From Gemmata obscuriglobus (GTDB lineage Bacteria > Planctomycetota > Planctomycetia > Gemmatales > Gemmataceae), in contig NZ_CP042911.1 of NCBI RefSeq assembly GCF_008065095.1, positions 690,001 through 722,000 on the forward strand: 32,000 nt of DNA. Direction: 5' to 3'. This document shows, piece by piece, positions 1 to 7,825 of this stretch (positions are counted from its first letter, which is position 1; the number at the start of each line of letters is the position of its first letter). Below the pieces are notes generated by a model, which did not search any database, was not told where the DNA came from, and saw nothing but the letters and a program-made list of their open reading frames with translations. The position numbers and the translations under genes were made by a program.

Positions 1-128
1 CCGACCCGCGTGTAGCTCGGCAGCGCGTAGTAGTACCACCCGGTCGCGACGAGCGCGGCAGCCACCGCCAGACCAATAGCGCCCTGGCGGACGTAACCGT
101 CGAGTGATCGCGGGAAGATCGCAGGCAC
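1..128 (-). CDS. hypothetical membrane protein, N-terminal fragment (gene runs off the window start)
   Basis: GTG at 128-126 (minus strand) lies 7 nt downstream of GGAGG. The frame reads (M)PAIFPRSLDGYVRQGAIGLAVAAALVATGWYYYALPSYTRV, with one hydrophobic helix and mostly G/C third positions, and stays open to position 1. It is absent from the ORF track because it is truncated. Confidence 0.35.
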   Translation of the reverse strand, partial: MPAIFPRSLDGYVRQGAIGLAVAAALVATGWYYYALPSYTRV

Positions 129-174
129 GCACTCGCCTCCGCCGGGGCGACCGACACGGGCCGCCCTCGCGACT

Positions 175-192
175 TTGTGAAAAGTTTCACAA
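175..192. promoter_or_regulatory. CRP/FNR-family-type operator-like palindrome TTGTGAAA-AG-TTTCACAA
   Basis: Perfect 8+8 inverted repeat containing TGTGA-N6-TCACA (176-191). It is AT-rich within GC-rich DNA and is the only such box in the window. It is centred about 55 nt upstream of the GTG at 128 (minus strand) and lies downstream of the aldo/keto reductase stop. Confidence 0.4.
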
Positions 193-261
193 GTGTAGCG
201 TTATGCTACGGAACCTGAGTGTACGGCGGCAAGAAACGGGTGCGAGAAAAATTTGCCCGGA

Positions 262-1248
262 TCAGTCCGGGCCGCGCACCGCCGGTTTCACCGTCGCAAC
301 GAAGAACTCGCGGAGCCGCGCCAGCGCTTCGGGCGCGATCGGCGGCAGGCCGCTGGCGGCGGCGTTCGCTTCGGCCTGCGCGCGGTTCCGGGCGCCCGGG
401 ATGATCGTCGTGACCGCGGGGTGGTCCAGGCACCAGCGCAGCGCGAGCTGCGGCAGCGTGTAACCGGCGGGCACGAGCGGCTTCAGCTTCTCCACCATGT
501 CCAGCCCGGTCTCGAAGCCGAGCCCGGCGAACGTCTCGCCGACGTTGAACTTCTCGCCGTTGCGGTTGATGGTGCGGTGGTCGTTCGGCCCGAAGGTGGT
601 TCGCGGCGTGTACTTCCCGGCCAGGAGCCCGGAGGCGAGCGGGAGCCGCACGATGATCGCCACGCCCCGCCGCCGGCACCGGTCGAGCAAGCCGCTGGTC
701 TCCGGCGTTTGCCGGAAGATGTTGAAGATGATTTGCAGCGACGCGCAGTCCGGCTGCTTCAGGCACTCCTCGGCCTCGGCGACCGACTCCACACTGGCCC
801 CGAACCGGGCGATCTTCCCCTCTTGTTTGAGCCCGCGCAGGGTGTCCCACACCTCGGCGCGTTTCAGTTGCTCCATCGGCAGGCAGTGGAGCTGCGTGAG
901 GTCGAGGCGCTCGACCCCGAGCCGCTTGAGCGAGTTCTCGGTGTGCTCGCGGATCGTCTTCGGCTCGAAGTTGGTGGGCCACCCAGGGCGCGGGAACCGG
1001 CCGAACTTCGATGCGACGAAGAACCGGTCGCGCGGGTACCCCGTGAGGAACCGGCCGATGAGTTCCTCGCTGCGCCCGGCCCCGTACACGTCGGCGGTGT
1101 CGAGGAACGTGACGCCCGTGTCGGCCGACGCCCGCAGCACCTCAATCGCGTCGGCCTCGGCCACGTCGCCCCACTGGTCGCCGCCGATCTGCCAGCACCC
1201 GAGCCCCACTTCCGATACGGAGGCCCCGTCGAAATCACGGTGCGTCAT
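262..1248 (-). CDS. aldo/keto reductase family oxidoreductase
   Basis: Start trimmed to the ATG at 1248 (MTHRDFDGASVSEVGLGCWQIGG). AKR catalytic signature residues are present in DTADVYG, SKFG and LDLTQLHC. Third positions are G/C-rich. The longer track ORF (to 1512) adds an Arg-rich, non-protein-like extension. Confidence 0.9.
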   Translation of the reverse strand: MTHRDFDGASVSEVGLGCWQIGGDQWGDVAEADAIEVLRASADTGVTFLDTADVYGAGRSEELIGRFLTGYPRDRFFVASKFGRFPRPGWPTNFEPKTIREHTENSLKRLGVERLDLTQLHCLPMEQLKRAEVWDTLRGLKQEGKIARFGASVESVAEAEECLKQPDCASLQIIFNIFRQTPETSGLLDRCRRRGVAIIVRLPLASGLLAGKYTPRTTFGPNDHRTINRNGEKFNVGETFAGLGFETGLDMVEKLKPLVPAGYTLPQLALRWCLDHPAVTTIIPGARNRAQAEANAAASGLPPIAPEALARLREFFVATVKPAVRGPD

Positions 1249-1283
1249 GACTGCCTTTCGTCTAAATGAGCGGGCGCCCGCGG

Positions 1284-1391
1284 TCACGGCTTGCCGATGA
1301 ACCCGAACAGCAGGAACGGTGTTACGATGATGAGCGGCACCCCAAAAATGGTGAACAGCACGAGCCCGGCGTGCCTGGCGAGCTTGTTCAT
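1284..1391 (-). CDS. small hydrophobic protein (35 aa), hypothetical
   Basis: ATG at 1391 lies about 6 nt downstream of GAAGGGG. It translates to MNKLARHAGLVLFTIFGVPLIIVTPFLLFGFIGKP* with one TM-like helix. About 31 of 35 third positions are G/C. It ends 35 nt upstream of the aldo/keto reductase start on the same strand. It is below the ORF-track length cutoff. Confidence 0.45.
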   Translation of the reverse strand: MNKLARHAGLVLFTIFGVPLIIVTPFLLFGFIGKP

Positions 1392-1571
1392 ATCGACCCC
1401 TTCCGCGTAAAGAGCGTGTGTTCAAAACGATACGAAGTCGGTCGCGGCGCGGCCGCGAGCCGCCCTGCCCTTGCGCGCCGGGAGCGAATTGATGCCGGGC
1501 GCCGTCCGTCACGCTTTACAACAGATCAGGACGGACCATAGCATTCGCCAACGTGAACCGGAGAGCGACAC

Positions 1572-2126
1572 ATGACGCACAACGCGGTCTCGGCGGTGCT
1601 GGAACCCGACGACCTGCTCGCAATGCCGGGCGGGGATCGCTACGAACTGATCGACGGTCGTCTCAAGGGGAAGGAGACGGGCGCTGAGTCGGACAAGGTG
1701 GCCCTTCGGATCGGGGGATTGCTGGACCAGTTCTGCGTGCGAACCAAAAGCGGCATCGCGTTCGGCTCACAAACCGGGTTCCGGTGCTTCCCTAAACAGC
1801 CGAAGCTGGCCCGTAAGCCGGACGCCGCTGTCATCGTCGCGGGGCGCCTGCCGGACGACAAATGGCCGAAAGGCGATATCGCGCTGGTGCCCGACTTGGT
1901 CGTCGAAGCGGTGTCCACGCACGACACCTACGAAGAAGTGGCCGTAAAGGTCACCGAGTTCAAATCGGTCGGCGTGAAACTGATCTGGGTCATCAGCCCC
2001 GAGACGCGCACCGTACTGGTGCGCCGCGCCGACGGCACCTGCGTCGAGTTGGACGAAACGGGAACGCTCTCGGGCGAGAACGTGCTGCCGGGGTTCGCGT
2101 GCCCGGTTGCCGATCTGTTCATCTGA
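1572..2126 (+). CDS. Uma2 family endonuclease (DUF820, PD-(D/E)xK fold)
   Basis: 184 aa. YELIDGRL near the N-terminus and the D...PDLVVEAVS...K pattern (DIALVPDLVVEAVSTHD) are typical of Uma2/DUF820 proteins, which are abundant in planctomycetes and cyanobacteria. Confidence 0.85.
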   Translation: MTHNAVSAVLEPDDLLAMPGGDRYELIDGRLKGKETGAESDKVALRIGGLLDQFCVRTKSGIAFGSQTGFRCFPKQPKLARKPDAAVIVAGRLPDDKWPKGDIALVPDLVVEAVSTHDTYEEVAVKVTEFKSVGVKLIWVISPETRTVLVRRADGTCVELDETGTLSGENVLPGFACPVADLFI

Positions 2127-2132
2127 CGTGGC

Positions 2133-2315
2133 TCACTTGCCGGCCCGGTCGAGCCGCTGCTCCAGTACACTGCGCACACGATTCAGCTCCTCGTCCGGAC
2201 CGCCGTCCCACGGTGCGATCGGTATCCAGCGGTCCCGCTGGTCCGGTCGTATCCAGCCCTCGTCGTCATCAATGAGAGTGCGCTCGAGGTCGAGCGCGAG
2301 CACGCCGGCCGCCAT
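2133..2315 (-). CDS. hypothetical small acidic protein (60 aa)
   Basis: Its ATG directly abuts the stop of the upstream gene (TAGATG at 2318-2313). Third positions are strongly G/C. No family recognised. Confidence 0.45.
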   Translation of the reverse strand: MAAGVLALDLERTLIDDDEGWIRPDQRDRWIPIAPWDGGPDEELNRVRSVLEQRLDRAGK

Positions 2316-2759
2316 CTACTTCTTCTCGCGCTGCAACTCGAGGTACAGCAGCTTCGAGTTCTTCAGTGTCTTGAACTCGGTCGGCCGCTCCTTCTCGCTG
2401 TCCGCCTCCGCGTAGCAGATCTTGAGCGTGGCGCCCTTCAGTTCGTAAACGCCTTCCCACTTCTTGTCTTTGAGCGGGCCGTCCTGGTGAACATAGTCGA
2501 TGTGCTTCGGCTTCTTCGTCGGGTTGAGAACCAGATCGCCCTTCAGCTCGGTGCCGCTCTTCGTTTTGACGTGGAAGTTGTTCTCCTTGATGACCATCTC
2601 TCCGCCGACGACGCGGTCCAGCGGGGCGCCGTCGTGTTCGGCGGCAACGACCGTCCACGTGCCCTCCAGCGCCTTCAGTTCCTTCTTGGCGGCCTCGTCG
2701 TCCCCGCGCACGGCAGAGCCAACGAACGCGAGCGCGCACCCGAGCAACAGGAATCGCAT
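2316..2759 (-). CDS. secreted TIGR03067-domain protein (planctomycete-specific lipocalin-like domain)
   Basis: Signal peptide MRFLLLGCALAFVGSAVRG is followed by LEGTWTVVAAEHDGAP...FHVK...ELKGATLKICY...RPTEF, the characteristic TIGR03067 pattern recalled from memory. Confidence 0.8.
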   Translation of the reverse strand: MRFLLLGCALAFVGSAVRGDDEAAKKELKALEGTWTVVAAEHDGAPLDRVVGGEMVIKENNFHVKTKSGTELKGDLVLNPTKKPKHIDYVHQDGPLKDKKWEGVYELKGATLKICYAEADSEKERPTEFKTLKNSKLLYLELQREKK

Positions 2760-2837
2760 GTGAGAATCCCCGAGTGTGAGAAGTCCGGGGACAAGATACC
2801 GATCGGCTCGGAGCCGTTAACAGAATTCCGACCGAAC

Positions 2838-3353
2838 TCACGCCGCGCCGAGTCGCTTGCGGAGGATGCCGCCGTGGTGCCGGACGTGGCCGACGACGAT
2901 GTACGCCAACGCCCGGACCGTGACCGGCGAATCGTTCGCCTTGCCGCTCCGCGTCCACGCCTCCGCGGGCAGGTTGCGGAACAGCCAGAGGCTCGACCGC
3001 CGCACCGCCTCGAACTCGCTCACCAAGGCCGCGACGGTGAGCCGCTCATAATGGCCCGTCTTTGCGTAGTCGTTCTCCTCGAACCCCGGCAGCGGGGTGG
3101 AATCGCCGCGGGCGAACCGCAGCGCCCGGTAGCCGAAGATGCGTTCGCCGTCGATCAGGTGCCCGATCACCTGTTTCACGGTCCAGGTGTACGGCGCGTG
3201 GCACACGTCCCCTTGCGATTCGGGGATGGTGCGCCAGAACGCGAGCGTCTCGGTGAGCTGCGATTCCATCGCCGCGAGCACATCGCCCTCGGGAACCAGG
3301 GTGATGTACGTCCCATAAAACGGCGCGTATTCGGTCGGCTCCGGTCGTTGCAT
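2838..3353 (-). CDS. DinB family protein
   Basis: 171 aa. His-triad style motifs are present (VIGHLIDGERIF, VVGHVRHHGG), and the length fits a four-helix-bundle DinB_2-like protein. Confidence 0.85.
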   Translation of the reverse strand: MQRPEPTEYAPFYGTYITLVPEGDVLAAMESQLTETLAFWRTIPESQGDVCHAPYTWTVKQVIGHLIDGERIFGYRALRFARGDSTPLPGFEENDYAKTGHYERLTVAALVSEFEAVRRSSLWLFRNLPAEAWTRSGKANDSPVTVRALAYIVVGHVRHHGGILRKRLGAA

Positions 3354-3455
3354 TTTGCGGGCGCCTCACGTCGTGAGCGATTCAGACGGCTATCTTAGCG
3401 AGAACGACGCGTACTCCTTTCCGACACCGCGTGCAATGGTCGAGGTACTTCACTG

Positions 3456-3761
3456 ATGGCAGCCGCTGTGACGGCTCACGCCGAAGGCTGCACGCTCGCG
3501 GTGCGCGTGCAGCCGAAAGCCAAGAAGAACGCTGTTCTGGGCGAGCGGGCCAGCGCGCTGCGGGTTTCGGTCACGGCGCCACCGGAAGACGGCCGGGCCA
3601 ACGACGCCGTTCTTGCACTGCTCTGCGACCACTTCAAACTACAACGATCGCAGTTGGCGCTGCTGAGCGGGCAAACGAACCGGAACAAGGTGATCTTGGT
3701 TCGCGGGGTTACGCCTCAGCAACTCGCGGACCTGATTCCGGCGTCGGACGGGGACGACTGA
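3456..3761 (+). CDS. DUF167 (YggU) family protein
   Basis: 101 aa. Matches LAVRVQPKAKKNAV...RVSVTAPPEDGRANDAVLALL...L..GQTNRNKVILV, the typical YggU/DUF167 pattern. Confidence 0.85.
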   Translation: MAAAVTAHAEGCTLAVRVQPKAKKNAVLGERASALRVSVTAPPEDGRANDAVLALLCDHFKLQRSQLALLSGQTNRNKVILVRGVTPQQLADLIPASDGDD

Positions 3762-5259
3762 CCCGCGCCCACAGGGCATGGCGGCGCGGGGGCAGTTCGA
3801 TCGCAGCCACCACTGCGGCGAACGGTGCGAGCCCGATCGCGACACCGACCGCGATGCTCAGCCACTTCGCTTCGACCGGAATCACGCCCCACCACACGAG
3901 CGCCGGCACGCTCACGGCGACGAGCGGCTTCACCCAACTCTCGCGCAAGTAGCGCCACACACACACATCGAGCGTGCGGCACGCGTATCCGATTACAAAC
4001 AGGCAGAACAGGACGTTCGGAACCGCGACCGCGACAGCGACGCCCACGATCCCGAACGGTTTCACCAGGGCGAGGCTGAGCGCCAAGTTCACGCCGGCCT
4101 CCACCAGCGCTAGCCGCGCGAAGAGCTTGAGCTTCCCCATCCCGTACAGGATGCGCGACGCGACCGACTGCGCCACGCCGATGGTGAGCGTCGCGGAGAG
4201 CACGGCCGTCGCGGGGAAACACCACTCGGCGTACTGCTCCCCACCCATCCACCGCACCAGAAACGGCGCTCCGAAGAACAGCAGCCCCAGGTGAATCGGC
4301 AGGACGAGGTACAGCACCGCGCGGGTGCCGTCGAGCAGCACCCGGCGCACGCCCGTCATGTCACCTGACGCCTCGCGCTGGCTGACGGCCGGCGTGAGCG
4401 TGGTCGTCGCGGAGCGGAGGAGGTTCTTCGCCATGTCCACCAGTCGCAGCGCGATGGCGTAGTACGCGGCCGCCTCGAACGTGAGGAACCCGCCGGCCAC
4501 GATCGCACCCGTCTGCACGGTGACTCGCCCCGCCACCATCGCCAAGAAGGCGTCGAGGCTGTAGCCGCGCACGTCCTTCAGGGTGGCCCGGTCGATCAGC
4601 CGGGTTGAAACCCGCAGGCCGGGCAGAAACCGGAAGCAGCACAGCGCCATCAGCGCGTGTTCGAGTACGTTCGTGACGGTCAACACGACGGCCAGCGGCA
4701 GGAGCCCGGGGCGCGTTTCCATCACCCACACGATTCCGCCCACGCGCAGCGCCAGGCACACGAGCCGGACGAGGCTCTTGGTCCCGAACCGCTGGAGCCC
4801 GTCGAGGATCGTCGGGAACGCGCTGAGCGGAAGCGTGACGGCCAGGTTCGCAAGCACCAGCAGCGCGAACGGCACCACATCGCCGGACTCGCCGAGTTTG
4901 CGCTCCAGCCCCGGCGCGACGAACGGCACGATCGCCCCGCCGACGAGCAGCACCCCCGCGCCGGCGAGTACGAACAGCGCCAAACACGCCGACACGAGTT
5001 TGTTGAGTTCGTGGCGCGACTCGGTGGCGTGGTACTTCGCGACGAACCGGACCAGGCACGCCGCGATGCCCATGTCAAAAAGGGTGAAGTACGCGAGGAC
5101 GCTCTCCACGACGCACCACACGCCGTAGCGGGCGACGCCGAGCGACTTCACCAAGTACGGTGCGAGAAAGATGCTGACCGCGAGCGTCGCGACGAACGCG
5201 GCCCAGTTGGTGGCCGCGCCGAGCAGAAGGGACCGCTTGGCCGAACTCGATTCAGACAA
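3709..5259 (-). CDS. polysaccharide/oligosaccharide flippase (MOP superfamily, Wzx-like)
   Basis: 516 aa, polytopic and hydrophobic throughout. The N-terminus (SLLLGAATNWAAFVATLAVSIFLAPYLVKSLGVARYGVW) is typical of Wzx/RfbX-type exporters. TTG start at 5259 lies 8 nt after GGAGG. The 3' end overlaps the convergent DUF167 gene by 53 nt. Confidence 0.8.
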   Translation of the reverse strand: MSESSSAKRSLLLGAATNWAAFVATLAVSIFLAPYLVKSLGVARYGVWCVVESVLAYFTLFDMGIAACLVRFVAKYHATESRHELNKLVSACLALFVLAGAGVLLVGGAIVPFVAPGLERKLGESGDVVPFALLVLANLAVTLPLSAFPTILDGLQRFGTKSLVRLVCLALRVGGIVWVMETRPGLLPLAVVLTVTNVLEHALMALCCFRFLPGLRVSTRLIDRATLKDVRGYSLDAFLAMVAGRVTVQTGAIVAGGFLTFEAAAYYAIALRLVDMAKNLLRSATTTLTPAVSQREASGDMTGVRRVLLDGTRAVLYLVLPIHLGLLFFGAPFLVRWMGGEQYAEWCFPATAVLSATLTIGVAQSVASRILYGMGKLKLFARLALVEAGVNLALSLALVKPFGIVGVAVAVAVPNVLFCLFVIGYACRTLDVCVWRYLRESWVKPLVAVSVPALVWWGVIPVEAKWLSIAVGVAIGLAPFAAVVAAIELPPRRHALWARVSRPRPTPESGPRVAEA

Positions 5260-5311
5260 TGCAAACGCCTCCGTGCCGGGGGCGCAAAGGCTATCACACC
5301 GCGCTACCTAC

Positions 5312-5346
5312 AAAAAAGGCGAACCCCGCCCACCGGGGCGGGGGTG
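5312..5346 (-). terminator. intrinsic terminator downstream of recA
   Basis: On the minus strand a CCCCGCCC-GGTG-GGGCGGGG hairpin is followed by TTCGCC and then TTTTTT (the A-run at 5312-5317 on the plus strand). Confidence 0.65.
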
Positions 5347-5454
5347 TCGGAGCGCAAGGGGATCATTGGTTGCTGTGAGCGCCAGCAACCGAGCGGGCAC
5401 CCGCGAGGCACCCACCCCCGCCCCGGCGGGCGGGGTTCGCCCGAGCGCGGCGCA

Positions 5455-6621
5455 CTACTCCGCGGCGGCCTTGCCGCGCTTCTTCTTGGGCGCGATCTCG
5501 ACCTCTTCGCCCAGCGCCGCGAGGGCCGCGGCGGCTTCGGCTTCTTCCTGCGCGGCGGTCGCTTCGAGGGCCGCCGCGTCCACCACCTTCGGGGTCCGCT
5601 TTTCCTTCACCGCCGCCACGATCTCGTCCCGCACCGCGTGGTTCTCGCGCAGGAACTCGACCGCGTTCTTGAGGCCCTGGCCGAGCCGCTGCTCCTTGTA
5701 CGAGAAGTGCGCCCCGCTCTTCTCGATGACCTCGTCCTCCAGCGCCAGCTTGATAACGTCGCCCTCGAAGTCGATGCCGCGGTCGTGCAGCAACTCGAAC
5801 TCGGCGTTGCGGAACGGCGGGGCGATTTTGTTCTTGACCACCCGAACGCGGGTCTCGGCGCCGATTGTGTCCTCGCCGTCCTTCACGTGCGTGACCCGCT
5901 TCACTTCCATGCGGACGCTGGCGTAGAACTTGAGCGCCAGCCCGCCGGTGGTGGTGTTCGGGTCGCCGTACATCACGCCGATCTTCTGGCGGATCTGGTT
6001 GATGAACATCAGACAGGTGCGGCTCTTGTTGATCTGCGGCGTCAGGATGCGCATCGCCTGGCTCATGAGCCGGGCCTGCAACCCCACCTTCGTGTCGCCG
6101 ATCTCGCTGTCCTGGATCTCGTTCTTCGGCACCAGGGCCGCGACCGAGTCCACGACGATCAGGTCCACGGCGTTCGACTTGACGAGCATTTCTGCGATGC
6201 GCAGCGCCTCTTCGCCGTAGCCCGGTTGCGAGACGAGGAGGTTGTCCAGGTCCACGCCCAGGCGCTTCGCCCAGCTCGGGTCGAGGGCGTGCTCGGCGTC
6301 GATGAAGGCGGCCACGCCGCCGGCCTTCTGGGCCTGCGCGATGGTGTGAAGGGCGATGGTGGTTTTGCCGCTGGCCTCGGCGCCGTAGATCTCGACGATG
6401 CGCCCGCGGGGGATGCCCTTGCCGCCGAGCGCGAGGTCCAGGCTCAGCGCCCCGGTCGAGATGCAATCGATGTCGAGGCCGTTCATGTCGCCGAGCGACA
6501 TGATGGACCCCTTACCGAACTCCTTTTCGATCGCCGCGAGGGCGGTCTTCAGTTCCTTGTTGTCCTTGATGCTCCCGCCGCCCTCTTTGCTCTTCTCCAG
6601 TTTGTCGCCTTTCTCGGCCAT
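5455..6621 (-). CDS. recA: recombinase RecA
   Basis: 388 aa. Contains [11 protein letters not shown], the Walker A motif [22 protein letters not shown] and the L2 region. This is unmistakably RecA, with short N- and C-terminal extensions relative to E. coli RecA. Confidence 0.97.
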   Translation of the reverse strand: MAEKGDKLEKSKEGGGSIKDNKELKTALAAIEKEFGKGSIMSLGDMNGLDIDCISTGALSLDLALGGKGIPRGRIVEIYGAEASGKTTIALHTIAQAQKAGGVAAFIDAEHALDPSWAKRLGVDLDNLLVSQPGYGEEALRIAEMLVKSNAVDLIVVDSVAALVPKNEIQDSEIGDTKVGLQARLMSQAMRILTPQINKSRTCLMFINQIRQKIGVMYGDPNTTTGGLALKFYASVRMEVKRVTHVKDGEDTIGAETRVRVVKNKIAPPFRNAEFELLHDRGIDFEGDVIKLALEDEVIEKSGAHFSYKEQRLGQGLKNAVEFLRENHAVRDEIVAAVKEKRTPKVVDAAALEATAAQEEAEAAAALAALGEEVEIAPKKKRGKAAAE

Positions 6622-6907
6622 GACGCGGTCCCATCCCTTTGAGCGGTTTAGTGTGGGTCAGTCGTAACGGGGTGAAGTTTACCCGCGCGCGGGGAACAAC
6701 TGAAGGTCAGCAGCCGAGCCGGCGACGCACTTTTCCGGCGCGCCCGAATATCCGGGGCGCGAGTGGACACGTGCTACGCGCCACAAACTCGTACCGCTAC
6801 GGGAGAAACTTCCCGCGCCGGCCGCGCCGGCCGCTTGACGGGACCGGCGGCGGCTGTCAGGCTGAAAGCATCACGTGGTGCCCTGGCGCCCGACTCGGGA
6901 GGAGCGG

Positions 6908-7756
6908 ATGAGCATTCGATTGGCGGTCGCGCTGGGCGGACTGGTCGCCGGGTTCGCGCTCGCACAGGCCCAGGAGCCGAAGGGCGGCGCGAAGGCCGCG
7001 AACGTGGTCCCGTCCACGTTCCGCGCCCAGCTCGTGGTGGACAACCGGTTCTCGCTCAAAACCAAGCACCGGCTCGATACGGGCGACGGGTGGCCGGAGT
7101 GCGCCGCGCTCGCGCTGGGCGAAAAGGCCAAGGACGAGGACAAGGTCAACGACAGCGACCGCGACCCGCGGGACCGCACCGGTAAGATGCACGACCTCGT
7201 TAGCGAGTACGGGCTGGCGCCGGTGGTGGCCATCTTCGTGCGCGCGGACGCCCCCCGGCTCACCGCGGACGCCGGACTGGGCAAACTGCTGCGGGGACTG
7301 GACCGAGAAAACGATGACCCGAAGGTCCGCGACGTGCGGCCCCGCGACGGCCTGATGACCACGTACCAGGCTGACAAGCTGGCCGCGTTCGTGATGTTCC
7401 TCTGGCTCGAGGGGGGCACCAAGGCCGTTACCGTGAAGGGCGAGGACGGGAGCGAACAGAAGGTCGCGGTGGACCTGGAGTTCCCGCACGACGAGAAGCG
7501 GGCGGATAAGGTCAAGCTGGTGCAGGAGTACGCCTGCAAAGTGCGGGCGAACAAGGTGCCGTTCGGGCTGGCGGCCGACAAGTCCGCCGCGGTGACCGCG
7601 TTCAAGATCGAAGAAACGGCGCCGGTCACCATTGTCATCTACAACCGGTTGCGGATCGTGCAGCGGTGGAGCCTCAAGACGGACGAACTGACCGACGAGA
7701 AGGTCGCCGAGATCCTCGCCGCCATCAAGAAGATGGTCGACGAGAAGAAGCCGTAA
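6908..7756 (+). CDS. hypothetical secreted protein
   Basis: ATG at 6908 follows GGAGCGG. Signal peptide MSIRLAVALGGLVAGFALAQA. Composition is balanced with G/C third positions. No family recognised. Confidence 0.7.
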   Translation: MSIRLAVALGGLVAGFALAQAQEPKGGAKAANVVPSTFRAQLVVDNRFSLKTKHRLDTGDGWPECAALALGEKAKDEDKVNDSDRDPRDRTGKMHDLVSEYGLAPVVAIFVRADAPRLTADAGLGKLLRGLDRENDDPKVRDVRPRDGLMTTYQADKLAAFVMFLWLEGGTKAVTVKGEDGSEQKVAVDLEFPHDEKRADKVKLVQEYACKVRANKVPFGLAADKSAAVTAFKIEETAPVTIVIYNRLRIVQRWSLKTDELTDEKVAEILAAIKKMVDEKKP

Positions 7757-7786
7757 TCGGCGTCGGTACGAGATCAGACAAGACCC

Positions 7787-7825
7787 GAGGCCGGAGCCGC
7801 AGAGGTTCCGGCCTCCGGCGTTTTT
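7787..7825 (+). terminator. intrinsic terminator after 6908..7756
   Basis: 9-bp stem GAGGCCGGA/TCCGGCCTC with an 11-nt loop, followed by CGGCGTTTTT. Confidence 0.6.

Noticed and set aside
3709-3761. 53-nt convergent overlap between the DUF167 gene and the flippase gene.
   Set aside because: It probably reflects only weakly constrained C-terminal tails in GC-rich DNA. There is no sign of recoding or a regulatory structure.
4657-6642. 661-aa + strand ORF spanning the flippase and recA loci. Similar very long ORFs occur at 11415..13553 (-), 24112..26346 (+), 19081..20865 (-), 14934..16310 (-), 28037..29548 (-), 10042..11403 (-) and 253..1269 (+).
   Set aside because: All are antisense to genes with unmistakable family motifs (RecA, SecA, RseP and others). 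Their translations are Arg/Pro/Gly/His-rich with no motifs. Long shadow ORFs are expected in high-GC DNA because stop codons are AT-rich.
6739-6761. Palindrome CGCGCCCGAATATCCGGGGCGCG about 120-140 nt upstream of recA, considered as a LexA/SOS box.
   Set aside because: It does not match any LexA box consensus I know (CTGT-N8-ACAG, GAAC-N4-GTTC, GTTC-N7-GTTC, RGTAC-N3-GTWC). It is a GC stem with a small AT loop, like many other hairpins here, and it could equally belong to the divergent gene.
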